Assembly: GCA_963630775.1 (NCBI GenBank)
Contig: CAVGNU010000004.1
Location: 859-64,858 of the forward strand
Direction of reading: 5' to 3'
From: Bacteroides fragilis
GTDB lineage: Bacteria; Pseudomonadota; Alphaproteobacteria; Rs-D84
DNA: 64,000 nt
In this document: one piece after another, positions 1 to 7,985 of the stretch
How positions within the stretch are numbered: the first letter of the stretch is position 1
Layout: the number at the start of each line of letters is the position of its first letter
Notes under the pieces: model-generated
Seen by the model: the letters and a program-made list of their open reading frames with translations, nothing else
The model's database searches: none
What the model was told of the DNA's origin: nothing
Translations under genes and position numbers: made by a program

Positions 1-100
1 TGGCAAAATTATCAAAGTCAAACGGGTCATCGTTTGCCGCCACCGCTGGTGCGGCGCATATTGTCAACAAAGACAACAAAATTACAAAACGCATTTTCAT
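1..100 (-). CDS. Partial CDS (first 33 codons; continues past window start): exported protein with signal peptide, next gene of the VirB7/VirB8-like operon (position expected for a VirB9-type component)
   Basis: Not in ORF track because it runs off the window. ATG at 100 (minus strand) with GGGGTGA RBS ~7 nt upstream. Translation MKMRFVILLSLLTICAAPAVAANDDPFDFDNFA is a classic Sec signal peptide. It lies 23 nt downstream of the stop of 124..765. The function is positional inference only. Confidence 0.45.
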   Translation of the reverse strand, partial: MKMRFVILLSLLTICAAPAVAANDDPFDFDNFA

Positions 101-123
101 ATTTATATCACCCCAAAACGATG

Positions 124-765
124 TTATCTGATAATAACCTCGCGCACTTCGAACTTAAACAGGTTTGCGGGGTCACCCCCATTGTCCAGATACCGATGCA
201 CGCCATAATCCACAATAGAATCACGCAAACCAGATTCATATCTGATTTTCATATACATCGTGCCGTGCGTCACCGTGGGCGCAATGGACAAATCATTTGC
301 CGTGTTCCATGTGCGCAATTCATAGTCCGCCTGCCAATAATCGCTGCCGGTGGGGCGCAATATGTCGCCAATAATTGCGGCGGTGCGCATTGCGCCATGT
401 TCGGCCATATTTTGGATTTCGTCGGCAACAGTATTTTGCCATATGTGAAATACATCGCCATCCGACATGCGGGCCAACACACTGTCCGAACGGGTACGTC
501 GCGCAATGTTTTCGCGATCTGGGATTACATAGAAATATTCCGTAACATACCGATCAACCAGCATATTCAAAATGCGACTTTCGCCCATCTCAACCGGTGT
601 CTGTAATTCCCCGGGGCGATCGGCGGATAAATTATTTGGCTGGAAAAAGAACGTATCAATGCTGCGCTTTTCACCGGCGTCATAAATCGCCCCACCCAAG
701 TATAACGCCCCAAACGTCAGTACCAGCAACATTAGACCCGTCAAAAACATAATCAGTTTTTTCAT
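124..765 (-). CDS. VirB8/TrbF/DotI-like type IV secretion bitopic inner-membrane protein (second paralog)
   Basis: 213-aa ORF with a single N-terminal TM helix (LIMFLTGLMLLVLTFGALYLGG) followed by a ~180-aa periplasmic domain. The segment RILNMLVDRYVTEYFYV...SVLARMSDGDVFHIWQ resembles the VirB8 'YV..RE.Y ... s..v...w' region. The start ATG overlaps the upstream stop (ATGA at 765), suggesting translational coupling. Family assignment is by eye only. Confidence 0.5.
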   Translation of the reverse strand: MKKLIMFLTGLMLLVLTFGALYLGGAIYDAGEKRSIDTFFFQPNNLSADRPGELQTPVEMGESRILNMLVDRYVTEYFYVIPDRENIARRTRSDSVLARMSDGDVFHIWQNTVADEIQNMAEHGAMRTAAIIGDILRPTGSDYWQADYELRTWNTANDLSIAPTVTHGTMYMKIRYESGLRDSIVDYGVHRYLDNGGDPANLFKFEVREVIIR

Positions 766-1517
766 CAGTTTAATCTGTATGTGTTAAATCCCGCGATATA
801 GTACCCCAGTGTTCGTGGATACCACGATGGTTGGCGTGCAACCTTGGCAAAGGCGATAATATGCATGTCGCCGTCCAATGTATTGGACACGGTTGCCTGA
901 ATTGCCCACGTGCCACCGTTTTGTGTTATTTGCCCGACAGGCGCGATTTGCATAGTGGTTGTGTCAACCGTCATACGTTCGCCACGTGCGGCAATATCTT
1001 GCCAATTTGGAATGACGTTGTACACGAATGTGTTAAACACACTGTCCGATGTGGCGCAATACATCGCACACGTCTTGTCCGTGCGTGCCGGTGTATCATC
1101 AGAACGACATTGTTCACGTTCGCACGTTTGCCACATGGCGGTGTTATCGGCATCGCGCGATACCGTGAACCAATCGCGGGTGAAATTTGCAATCACCGAT
1201 TCCTGCATCGTGCGGGTCGCAGAATACGCCATTTGGCCATGGGGGTGACCAACAATAGACCATGCACCCGTAATTTTATCAATGGAAATAATAAACGGTT
1301 CAACTGTCGCGCCACGCGTTGTCCACATAATCAGACCGCACACGCATACAATCAAGAAAAACGCCACCGACGTTGCAATCGCCATCGCGCGGGAAACGGC
1401 AATTCGCTTGCCCGCTGGAAATGCCGGCGTTTCAAAATTGTCTGGATAATCCAATGCGCAATCCCCCCTGATGTAATGCGTGGGATTTATGCCTGATATA
1501 CCATGATACAGGCGCAC
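765..1517 (-). CDS. virB8: VirB8-like type IV secretion protein
   Basis: 250-aa ORF with a cytoplasmic N-terminus, one TM helix (AIATSVAFFLIVCVCGLIMW) and a periplasmic domain. The C-terminus TLGYYIAGFNTYRLN resembles the VirB8 NPLGF.V..YR motif. The GTG start at 1517 is uncertain and overlaps the lipoprotein gene by 31 nt. Confidence 0.6.
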   Translation of the reverse strand: MRLYHGISGINPTHYIRGDCALDYPDNFETPAFPAGKRIAVSRAMAIATSVAFFLIVCVCGLIMWTTRGATVEPFIISIDKITGAWSIVGHPHGQMAYSATRTMQESVIANFTRDWFTVSRDADNTAMWQTCEREQCRSDDTPARTDKTCAMYCATSDSVFNTFVYNVIPNWQDIAARGERMTVDTTTMQIAPVGQITQNGGTWAIQATVSNTLDGDMHIIAFAKVARQPSWYPRTLGYYIAGFNTYRLN

Positions 1518-1633
1518 GGACTCAGTTTCAATTCGTTGTTGTCATATCCAACACCAACCGGTTCGCGGTCGTAAATCTGACCACAGCCCGCCAATGCCAA
1601 TGCAACAAACAAAGCCAAAAATACTTTCTTCAT
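1487..1633 (-). CDS. Small lipoprotein (48 aa), VirB7-like by size and position
   Basis: From the internal ATG at 1633 the translation is MKKVFLALFVALALAGCGQ..., with lipobox LAGC. The mature peptide is ~31 aa with extra Cys residues. It sits immediately upstream of the VirB8-like gene. Confidence 0.5.
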   Translation of the reverse strand: MKKVFLALFVALALAGCGQIYDREPVGVGYDNNELKLSPCACIMVYQA

Positions 1634-1700
1634 GTCCTTTTTCCCCTTATGTGAATAAATTATAAGAAAATTCGCGCCCACGGGTCAAGGATAAAAGTAA

Positions 1701-1943
1701 GAGAGCAAAGCGCAGAGAGCAGAGAGCAATGAATGTGTCCGCCAATGGCGGACAATTTTTATTTACTGGATTGCTTCGTTTCACTCGCAATGACAAGGGT
1801 GCTAGTAGTTGGTAAAAACGGATTGTTTTTTATAACGAGTATTCTAGCTCTTTTGTCATTGCGAGTGAAACGAAGCAATCCAGTTGATAATGTCGCGCGC
1901 AACGCACTAACATTGCTCTCTGCTCTTTGCTCATTGCTCTCTG
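1701..1943. repeat. Nested palindromic (MITE-like) element
   Basis: Outer inverted arms are gagagcaaagcgcagagagcagagagcaatg (1701-1731) and cattgctctctgctctttgctcattgctctc (1911-1943). Inner perfect arms are ctggattgcttcgtttcactcgcaatgacaa (1766-1796) and ttgtcattgcgagtgaaacgaagcaatccag (1853-1883). There is also a hairpin tgtccgccaatggcggaca (1736-1754). Confidence 0.85.
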
Positions 1944-1964
1944 GAATAAAAAACAGGGCATTGG

Positions 1965-4250
1965 TTAAAACTGTGTTTCAAATGACAGCAAGAATCGACG
2001 TTCACGGTCGTATTCATTCATGTGCAGTGGCCAACCCCAACTGAAATTCATCGGCCCCATTGGTGTATTCCAATAAATACCGAACCCAACCGATGTGCGC
2101 AGGTCACTGTCGATAAAGTTACTGCGTGTTGCGCCATACACATTGGTGTATGTGTATTCGTCACGTGGTGGCTTGCCCAAGATACCGTAATCGGCAAACA
2201 CAAATCCCTTTATCTGGTATTCGTCTGGGATAAACACTGGGAAATTCAGTTGTGTTGAACCGTTCAATTTCCACATGCCACCCAACGAATACGATGTATA
2301 GAACCAGTTACGACTGCCAACGCCGGCGATATCAAACCCACGCAGCGATTCGCCACCCAAGAAATAGCGGTACACACGCGATACGTAATCGCCGTCCAGT
2401 GGTTGAATATACCCGAAATCCAGCGACGAACGCAACTGCCACCGGTCATCCAAGAATTTGACCATACCGGTAATGTCCGCACTGTAACGCATGAATGTTT
2501 CGCTGCCACCGAATCCGGTATATGCCAGCCCTAAATTTGCAACAACACCAGTGTGCGTGTTCTGTTGGAAATTGGTGTTCAGGTTATAGTATTTCAAATA
2601 TGTGGCCAACGTGTATAATGTGGAATCGCGCCACCCACCCACGGTTTGCAGGTCATAGTTTTGGTCAAATGCCGCCGACAGGCGCACCGTCTGTGACCAG
2701 TTGTCGGTCAATTTCCAACCCATACGCCCCGCGATTGTCAGCGAGTCGCGATCATACCCCAAACCGCCCAATGACGAATAGTTATACATTGTGTACGATA
2801 CATCAAAACCGCCCGACAGTGCGCGTCCAAACAAATAAGGTTCGGTGAAACTGAACAACGCCTGTTTTTGATACTGGGCGATTGACCCGCGCAGTTGAAC
2901 AATTTGGCCACGTCCCATAAAGTTGTTCTCGGTAATGCCCGCATCAACCATAAACCCATTGATGTTCGACCACCCAAAACCACCCGACAGTTCGCCCGTC
3001 GGTTGTTCTTCGACCTTGATATCCAGATTCATCATATTTGCATCGGCCAAGCGTGTTGGCACCATCTGAACATCTTTGAAATAACGGGTACGCATCAGAT
3101 TCTGGCGACCCTGTTCAATGGTTTGTAGTGAAAACGGATCGCCCGCGCGCATCGGCAGCAACTGTTGAATAACGGTATCAAACGTGCGAACGTTGCCCAA
3201 AATATTGATAGAATTCAGGTAAATACGATTGGTCTTTTGAATTTTGAACGTAATATCAATCGTGTGCGCATCGCTGTTTTTGGTTGGCACGGGTTCAACA
3301 TTGATAAATGCATAGCCATGATCGGCAACCGCCCCGCGCAGGGCCGATATCGTTTCATCAACCAGATCAATATTGTACGTGTCGCCCGCCGACATTTTGA
3401 CCACTTTGCGCAGTTCGTCCGTTGATACGTCTGGGAATGGATTGTCTATGTCCAGTTTGCCGAATTTATATTGCTGCCCTTCGTCCACGTTGAATGTTAC
3501 CGAATAATACTGGCGATCGGGCGTGAAAACACCGGTTGCATCAGTCACGGCAAAATCCGCATAACCGTTGCGCAGATAGAATTGACGCAACATCTGTTGA
3601 TCGTATTGAATACGGTCTTCGTCAAAAACATCAAACTGGGTCATGAACCGCCACCACGCGTGTTCACGCGACAGAATTTCACCACGCAGCGTGCGGGCAC
3701 TGAATTTCTTGTTTCCCGCAAAGTCAATGTCGGTGATGTATGTTGGGTGCCCCTCTGTAATTTCATAGACAACGTTCACGCGATTGTCATCCAATTCAAT
3801 GCGTTTCGGTTCTATTTTTGTGCCAAAAAACCCCTTGCGCTGGTATATGGTCAGCATGCGTTGGACGTCCGCGCCAATGGTCGATTCATCAAATGCCGCA
3901 CGTTCTTTCAGGCGAATTTCTTTCTTCAAATCATCGGTGGAAATTTCATCGTTCCCTTCGACCGTTACCATATTGACAGTTGGGGCTTCGACCAGGTCAA
4001 TTTTCAACACATTGCCGGACATGCGAACGTTGATTTTCGAAAAGTACCCACTTTCCTGTAACCTTTTTGCAATTTGGTTGGCGCGGGCCTCGCCCACGGT
4101 GTCGCCGATTTTAACATCGGACAGAATACGCACCGATTCAGCGTCCATACGGCGATTGCCCGATACGTCAATTCGCGATACGGTTGCCGCATTTGCACCC
4201 GTCGCCGCGACGGTCAGTGTGATTGCCAAAAATAATTTCTTTGTATTCAT
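1965..4250 (-). CDS. bamA: Outer membrane protein assembly factor BamA (Omp85)
   Basis: 761 aa with signal peptide MNTKKLFLAITLTVAATGANA, POTRA-like N-terminal repeats and a C-terminal beta-barrel ending ...SFETQF. It lies directly downstream of rseP, as in the conserved cluster. Confidence 0.95.
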   Translation of the reverse strand: MNTKKLFLAITLTVAATGANAATVSRIDVSGNRRMDAESVRILSDVKIGDTVGEARANQIAKRLQESGYFSKINVRMSGNVLKIDLVEAPTVNMVTVEGNDEISTDDLKKEIRLKERAAFDESTIGADVQRMLTIYQRKGFFGTKIEPKRIELDDNRVNVVYEITEGHPTYITDIDFAGNKKFSARTLRGEILSREHAWWRFMTQFDVFDEDRIQYDQQMLRQFYLRNGYADFAVTDATGVFTPDRQYYSVTFNVDEGQQYKFGKLDIDNPFPDVSTDELRKVVKMSAGDTYNIDLVDETISALRGAVADHGYAFINVEPVPTKNSDAHTIDITFKIQKTNRIYLNSINILGNVRTFDTVIQQLLPMRAGDPFSLQTIEQGRQNLMRTRYFKDVQMVPTRLADANMMNLDIKVEEQPTGELSGGFGWSNINGFMVDAGITENNFMGRGQIVQLRGSIAQYQKQALFSFTEPYLFGRALSGGFDVSYTMYNYSSLGGLGYDRDSLTIAGRMGWKLTDNWSQTVRLSAAFDQNYDLQTVGGWRDSTLYTLATYLKYYNLNTNFQQNTHTGVVANLGLAYTGFGGSETFMRYSADITGMVKFLDDRWQLRSSLDFGYIQPLDGDYVSRVYRYFLGGESLRGFDIAGVGSRNWFYTSYSLGGMWKLNGSTQLNFPVFIPDEYQIKGFVFADYGILGKPPRDEYTYTNVYGATRSNFIDSDLRTSVGFGIYWNTPMGPMNFSWGWPLHMNEYDRERRFLLSFETQF

Positions 4251-4256
4251 GCTATG

Positions 4257-5309
4257 TTACCCAAATACGCGTACCAAATCGTTCCACATCGTCAGTATAA
4301 ACAGTCCGGCAATCAACAACCACCCCGCGATGATAACATATTCCATCGCGCGCCCCTGTAATTTACGACGTGTAATCCCTTCGATTACCAATATCAACAA
4401 ATAGCCACCGTCCAACACCGGCAACGGCAACAGATTTATAACAGCCAAATTCACCGACAGCAAGGCAATAATAGACAGCAATGCAAATATGCCCGCCTCC
4501 ATCGCTTTGCCGGATACCTGTGCAATGGTGATAAACGACCCCAGTTGCTTTGACGAACGTTCGCCCGTAATAATTTGTTCCAGCACCACCAACAATGTCT
4601 TGGACTGGTAATACGTTTCGCGTGCCCCCGTCAGCAATCCGCCAAAGAACCCTTTCTTGCGTAATTCGGTCTTGCTGCCGTCGGCAATCAGGCCCCAGCG
4701 TTCGGCAGGCGACAATTCAACATTTACCAATTTTTCACCGCGTATAACAATCACGTTTGCATTGCGGTTTGATGCAATTTCTTTGGCGATAATCAGTTCG
4801 CCCCAATTTGTGATTTTTTCGCCATCAATGCGAACAATGGTGTCCCCAGGTTTAATGCCTGCCTTGAACGCGACAGATTCCTGAATAACCTGACCGACAA
4901 CGGGTAATTGGACATTCTTTGGATGGAACATCGCAATCCCAGAATAAATAAACCATGCCAGAATAAAGTTCATGGTAACGCCGGCGGCAACAATTATAAA
5001 CTGTTTCCATGCGGGCACAGACAGGTAGTGCCCCACCTTTTTATCGGCGGGCAATTCTGCATATGCCTTGCGATCAAACATCATTTCTTGGCCGTAAATG
5101 GAAACGTACCCACCCAGCGGCAGGCATGCGACCTGCCATTGTGTGCCGTGTCGGTCATGCCATTTGATAATTGCCGGCCCAAATCCGATTGAAAATTTAT
5201 CAACACGGACGCCGGACGCGCGTGCGGCAAAAAAATGTCCCAATTCGTGAATAAACACGACCACGCCCAACACAACCATCAATGCAATCACAGCCACAAT
5301 AGTATGCAT
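4257..5309 (-). CDS. rseP: RIP zinc metalloprotease RseP
   Basis: 350 aa with the HELGHF motif in the first TM helix, a central PDZ-like region and an LPLPVLDGG motif. Confidence 0.93.
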   Translation of the reverse strand: MHTIVAVIALMVVLGVVVFIHELGHFFAARASGVRVDKFSIGFGPAIIKWHDRHGTQWQVACLPLGGYVSIYGQEMMFDRKAYAELPADKKVGHYLSVPAWKQFIIVAAGVTMNFILAWFIYSGIAMFHPKNVQLPVVGQVIQESVAFKAGIKPGDTIVRIDGEKITNWGELIIAKEIASNRNANVIVIRGEKLVNVELSPAERWGLIADGSKTELRKKGFFGGLLTGARETYYQSKTLLVVLEQIITGERSSKQLGSFITIAQVSGKAMEAGIFALLSIIALLSVNLAVINLLPLPVLDGGYLLILVIEGITRRKLQGRAMEYVIIAGWLLIAGLFILTMWNDLVRVFG

Positions 5310-5342
5310 TACTTTCCGTTCCTTTACATTTACAAATCTGCG

Positions 5343-5993
5343 TTACAACATAATCAGCCAAACCAAGGGCAGGGCATAAATCCAGCCATCGAACCGATCC
5401 AGCATTCCGCCGTGCCCTGGTAAAATATGACCAAAATCTTTGATGCCCATACGACGTTTTATCCAACTGGCGGTCAGGTCACCATATTGGCTCAGTAACG
5501 CGATACTAATCCCAATCCACATCAGTTGTGGCATAAATGTATCAGTGCCCAACAACCCATACAGCAACGCCATAAATGTCCCACATATAATACCAGCAAT
5601 CTGGCCCGCCCATGTCTTGTTCGCGGACAAGCGTTCCCACATCTTGTCCCCGCCCAACATACGGCCAAAGAACCATGCGCCAATGTCCGCGCCACTGATT
5701 GTCACCAGCAGCAACAGAACAATCCATGGACGCGTTGCCACGGTATTTATCGCCGCCAACATCACAAATAACCACACCAAGAACCCGCCATAGACCAGCC
5801 AATTTTTATTTTGGCACAACTGTTCTTTTGGTACATGACGAATTGCCATAATCATTTCCAGAATCATACCCAGTACGACCAAAATCCCCAGATAGCGTAC
5901 CGCATGGAATCCATATTGTTCCGCCACCGCGGCCGCGACCACCACCGCCGCCATAATTGTGCCAACGATAATTCTCTGTGATGTGTTTGACAT
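5343..5993 (-). CDS. cdsA: Phosphatidate cytidylyltransferase
   Basis: Multi-TM protein with C-terminal signature SQYGDLTASWIKRRMGIKDFGHILPGHGGMLDRFD. I placed the start at ATG 5993 (AAGGGG RBS), which avoids overlap with uppS; the ORF track extends to 6059. Confidence 0.88.
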   Translation of the reverse strand: MSNTSQRIIVGTIMAAVVVAAAVAEQYGFHAVRYLGILVVLGMILEMIMAIRHVPKEQLCQNKNWLVYGGFLVWLFVMLAAINTVATRPWIVLLLLVTISGADIGAWFFGRMLGGDKMWERLSANKTWAGQIAGIICGTFMALLYGLLGTDTFMPQLMWIGISIALLSQYGDLTASWIKRRMGIKDFGHILPGHGGMLDRFDGWIYALPLVWLIML

Positions 5994-6003
5994 ATCAAAC
6001 CCC

Positions 6004-6765
6004 TTATTTTTGTTTGCCAGAATAATTCGCCTTTTTTCCGCCACCAAATCTGCGGTCACGATGCGCGTATTCGTCCAGTGTGTGCTGCCACATCCGTTCG
6101 TCTTTGACCAAATCAGGCCAGTGTTCAGGTACGAACATCAGTTCGGCATACGCCAATTTCCACAGCAAGAAATTAGAGATTCTAAATTCATTGCTGGTGC
6201 GAACCATCAAATCAATCGGTAACAAATCGCCCGTATCCAAGAATGTTTCAAACGTTTCGCGGGTAACAGGTTTGCCGGCGGCAACCGCGGCATTGACCGC
6301 GTCAATAATTTCGCCCTGACCACCATAGTTCAATGCAAACACAACTGTGCCACCGGTGTTTTCAGCCGATGTTTCTTCCAGTTTATCGCACATATGTGCC
6401 AATCGTTTTGGCAAACGGTCACGCGAACCCACCACACGATAGCGCAAGTTTTTTTCAAGCGCGTGCTGCATATTCTTTTTTAATTCTGTATAGAACAAGT
6501 CCATCAGATAATCCACTTCTTCCTTGGAACGATTCCAGTTTTCGGTGGAAAATATAAAGAACGTTACCGTGGATACGCCGCGCGCAATGTACCAATCAAC
6601 CAGATTTTCAAAGTTTGCAATTCCGGCCTTGTGTCCCAACAACGGGGGCAGACCGCGGGCCTCGGCCCAGCGGCGATTACCGTCGCATATAAATGCGATA
6701 TGCTGTGGTACGCGCACAGGGGCGCTGGCGACATTATTTACCTTCTTTTTGAATATTCTAAACAT
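6004..6765 (-). CDS. uppS: Undecaprenyl diphosphate synthase
   Basis: HIAFICDGNRRWA and FLLWKLAYAELMF signatures. ATG at 6765; the track's TTG at 6777 is an alternative start. Confidence 0.93.
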   Translation of the reverse strand: MFRIFKKKVNNVASAPVRVPQHIAFICDGNRRWAEARGLPPLLGHKAGIANFENLVDWYIARGVSTVTFFIFSTENWNRSKEEVDYLMDLFYTELKKNMQHALEKNLRYRVVGSRDRLPKRLAHMCDKLEETSAENTGGTVVFALNYGGQGEIIDAVNAAVAAGKPVTRETFETFLDTGDLLPIDLMVRTSNEFRISNFLLWKLAYAELMFVPEHWPDLVKDERMWQHTLDEYAHRDRRFGGGKKANYSGKQK

Positions 6766-6822
6766 TTCTAAATCCAATATGCTGTGGGTGATAATTTGCG
6801 TGACAGATGGTCAATAAACCCA

Positions 6823-7383
6823 TTAGACGGACATAATGTCGGCTTCTTTCTGTTTGGCCTGTGCATCAACCTGTGATGCGCGCAGTTCAAACACTTTCTG
6901 CAAATCATCTTCGAATTTGCGCTGGTCATCTTCGGAAATTTCCTTGTCGGTGACGGCGCGTTTGATTTTGCCCATTGCATCTTGGCGAATGTTACGCATA
7001 GAAATCTTGGCTTCTTCGGCGTATTTGCCCGCAACCTTGGTCAGTTCGCGACGGCGTTCTTCGGTCAGTGGTGGCAGGTTCAGGCGAATAACACCGCCCG
7101 CGGTATTTGGGTTCAGACCCAAACCAGAATCACGGATTGCCTTTTCAACCGCGCCCGCATTGTTGATATCCCAAACGGTGACACTCAGTGTCTGGTTGTC
7201 AGGTGTGGCAACGGTCGCAACCTGATTCAATGGCATGTCAGAACCATAAACCGGCACGCGTACACCGTCCAACAGGTGCACAGACGCGCGTCCCGTACGC
7301 AGGCCAGCGTATTCGCTCGCCAAAACGTCCAGAGTTTGCTGGGTTTTTTGTTCAACTTCGGCTTTTAATGCTTGATAATCCAT
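6823..7383 (-). CDS. frr: Ribosome recycling factor
   Basis: 186 aa from ATG 7383 with a GGAGA RBS. The sequence is RRF-like throughout (LDGVRVPVYGSDMPLNQVATV..., NLPPLTEERRRELTK). Confidence 0.95.
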   Translation of the reverse strand: MDYQALKAEVEQKTQQTLDVLASEYAGLRTGRASVHLLDGVRVPVYGSDMPLNQVATVATPDNQTLSVTVWDINNAGAVEKAIRDSGLGLNPNTAGGVIRLNLPPLTEERRRELTKVAGKYAEEAKISMRNIRQDAMGKIKRAVTDKEISEDDQRKFEDDLQKVFELRASQVDAQAKQKEADIMSV

Positions 7384-7465
7384 ATTCAGATCTCCTTCTT
7401 GTGTAAAAAGGTTAGCAAATTGATTTGACATTTGGCAAGAAGAAATATAAAATGTGTCGGCGCAA

Positions 7466-7541
7466 GGGGTTGTAGCTCAGTTGGTAGAGCACTTGCATGG
7501 CATGCAAGGGGTCGTCGGTTCGAGTCCGATCAGCTCCACCA
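7466..7541 (+). tRNA. tRNA-Ala (anticodon GGC)
   Basis: Hand-folded cloverleaf. Acceptor GGGGTTG/CAGCTCC carries the G3:U70 Ala identity pair. Anticodon loop is ATGGCAT, T-loop is GGTTCGAGTCC, and CCA is encoded. Confidence 0.95.
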
Positions 7542-7546
7542 GTATG

Positions 7547-7623
7547 GCGGATGTAGCTCAGTTGGTTAGAGCACTGGTTTGTGGTACCAGGTGTCGCCGG
7601 TTCGAATCCGGTTATCCGCCCCA
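7547..7623 (+). tRNA. tRNA-His (anticodon GTG) with encoded G-1
   Basis: 8-bp acceptor GGCGGATG/TATCCGCC including G-1:C73. Anticodon loop is TTGTGGT, T-loop is TTCGAAT, and CCA is encoded. Confidence 0.95.
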
Positions 7624-7634
7624 TTTTAACAGAA

Positions 7635-7662
7635 AACGTCAACCGAAAGGTTGGCGTTTTTT
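7635..7662 (+). terminator. Intrinsic terminator after the tRNA-Ala/tRNA-His pair
   Basis: aacgtcaacc-gaaa-ggttggcgtt hairpin followed by a T-run. Confidence 0.7.
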
Positions 7663-7900
7663 GTTAAACCGGTTCGTCTATTCACCGGATTCGAACCGAG
7701 GTTCGCTTACGAGTAAGCGTGGCAAGTTGTATAACGCCGCCACGCGCTAACGAGTGGTGAGCGCAGCGAACAATACGCAGCTGTCCAGCATTGCTGGACA
7801 GCAAGGCACTCGGTTATCCGCCAGCCGAATTGCTGCCCGCCGTTCAGGCGGGTATTTTTAATAATTCTGGGCGGGTCGGATTCGAACCGAGGAATGGGAA
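7663..7900 (+). repeat. tRNA-3'-linked repeat element (about 1.5 units), same family as 51096-51659
   Basis: ggattcgaaccgagg occurs at 7687-7701 and again at 7878-7892, 191 bp apart. Blocks gagtaagc, gctaacg, gtgagc and acgcag are colinear with the tRNA-Arg-linked unit. There is a perfect hairpin at 7780-7802. A 12-nt copy of the tRNA-His 3' end (cggttatccgcc) lies at 7811-7822. Confidence 0.65.
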
Positions 7901-7953
7901 TGCGCCATCCGGCGCACTCATCTATTATCTGTTATCTATTCTCTATGCTCTAA

Positions 7954-7981
7954 TAAAAAATCCGCCCCAAACGGGGCGGGA
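7954..7981 (-). terminator. Intrinsic terminator of rne
   Basis: On the minus strand: cccgcccc-gttt-ggggcgga followed by tttttt. Confidence 0.7.
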
Positions 7982-7985
7982 TTCT

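Noticed and set aside
34-606. 190-aa plus-strand ORF at the window start
   Set aside because: It is antisense to the VirB8-like gene, which has a coherent TM-plus-periplasmic-domain layout and operon context. It has no RBS or motif.
1733-2044. 103-aa plus-strand ORF
   Set aside because: It is a translation of the nested palindromic element (…CFVSLAMT…SLRVKRSNP…) running into the antisense of the bamA 3' end.
3471-4404. 196-aa and 206-aa plus-strand ORFs
   Set aside because: They are antisense to bamA.
7412-7750. ORFs of 76 aa (minus) and 98 aa (plus) over the tRNA-Ala/tRNA-His locus
   Set aside because: They are translations of tRNA genes and tRNA-like repeats (e.g. ...GFEPATPGTTNQCSNQLSY...), not proteins.
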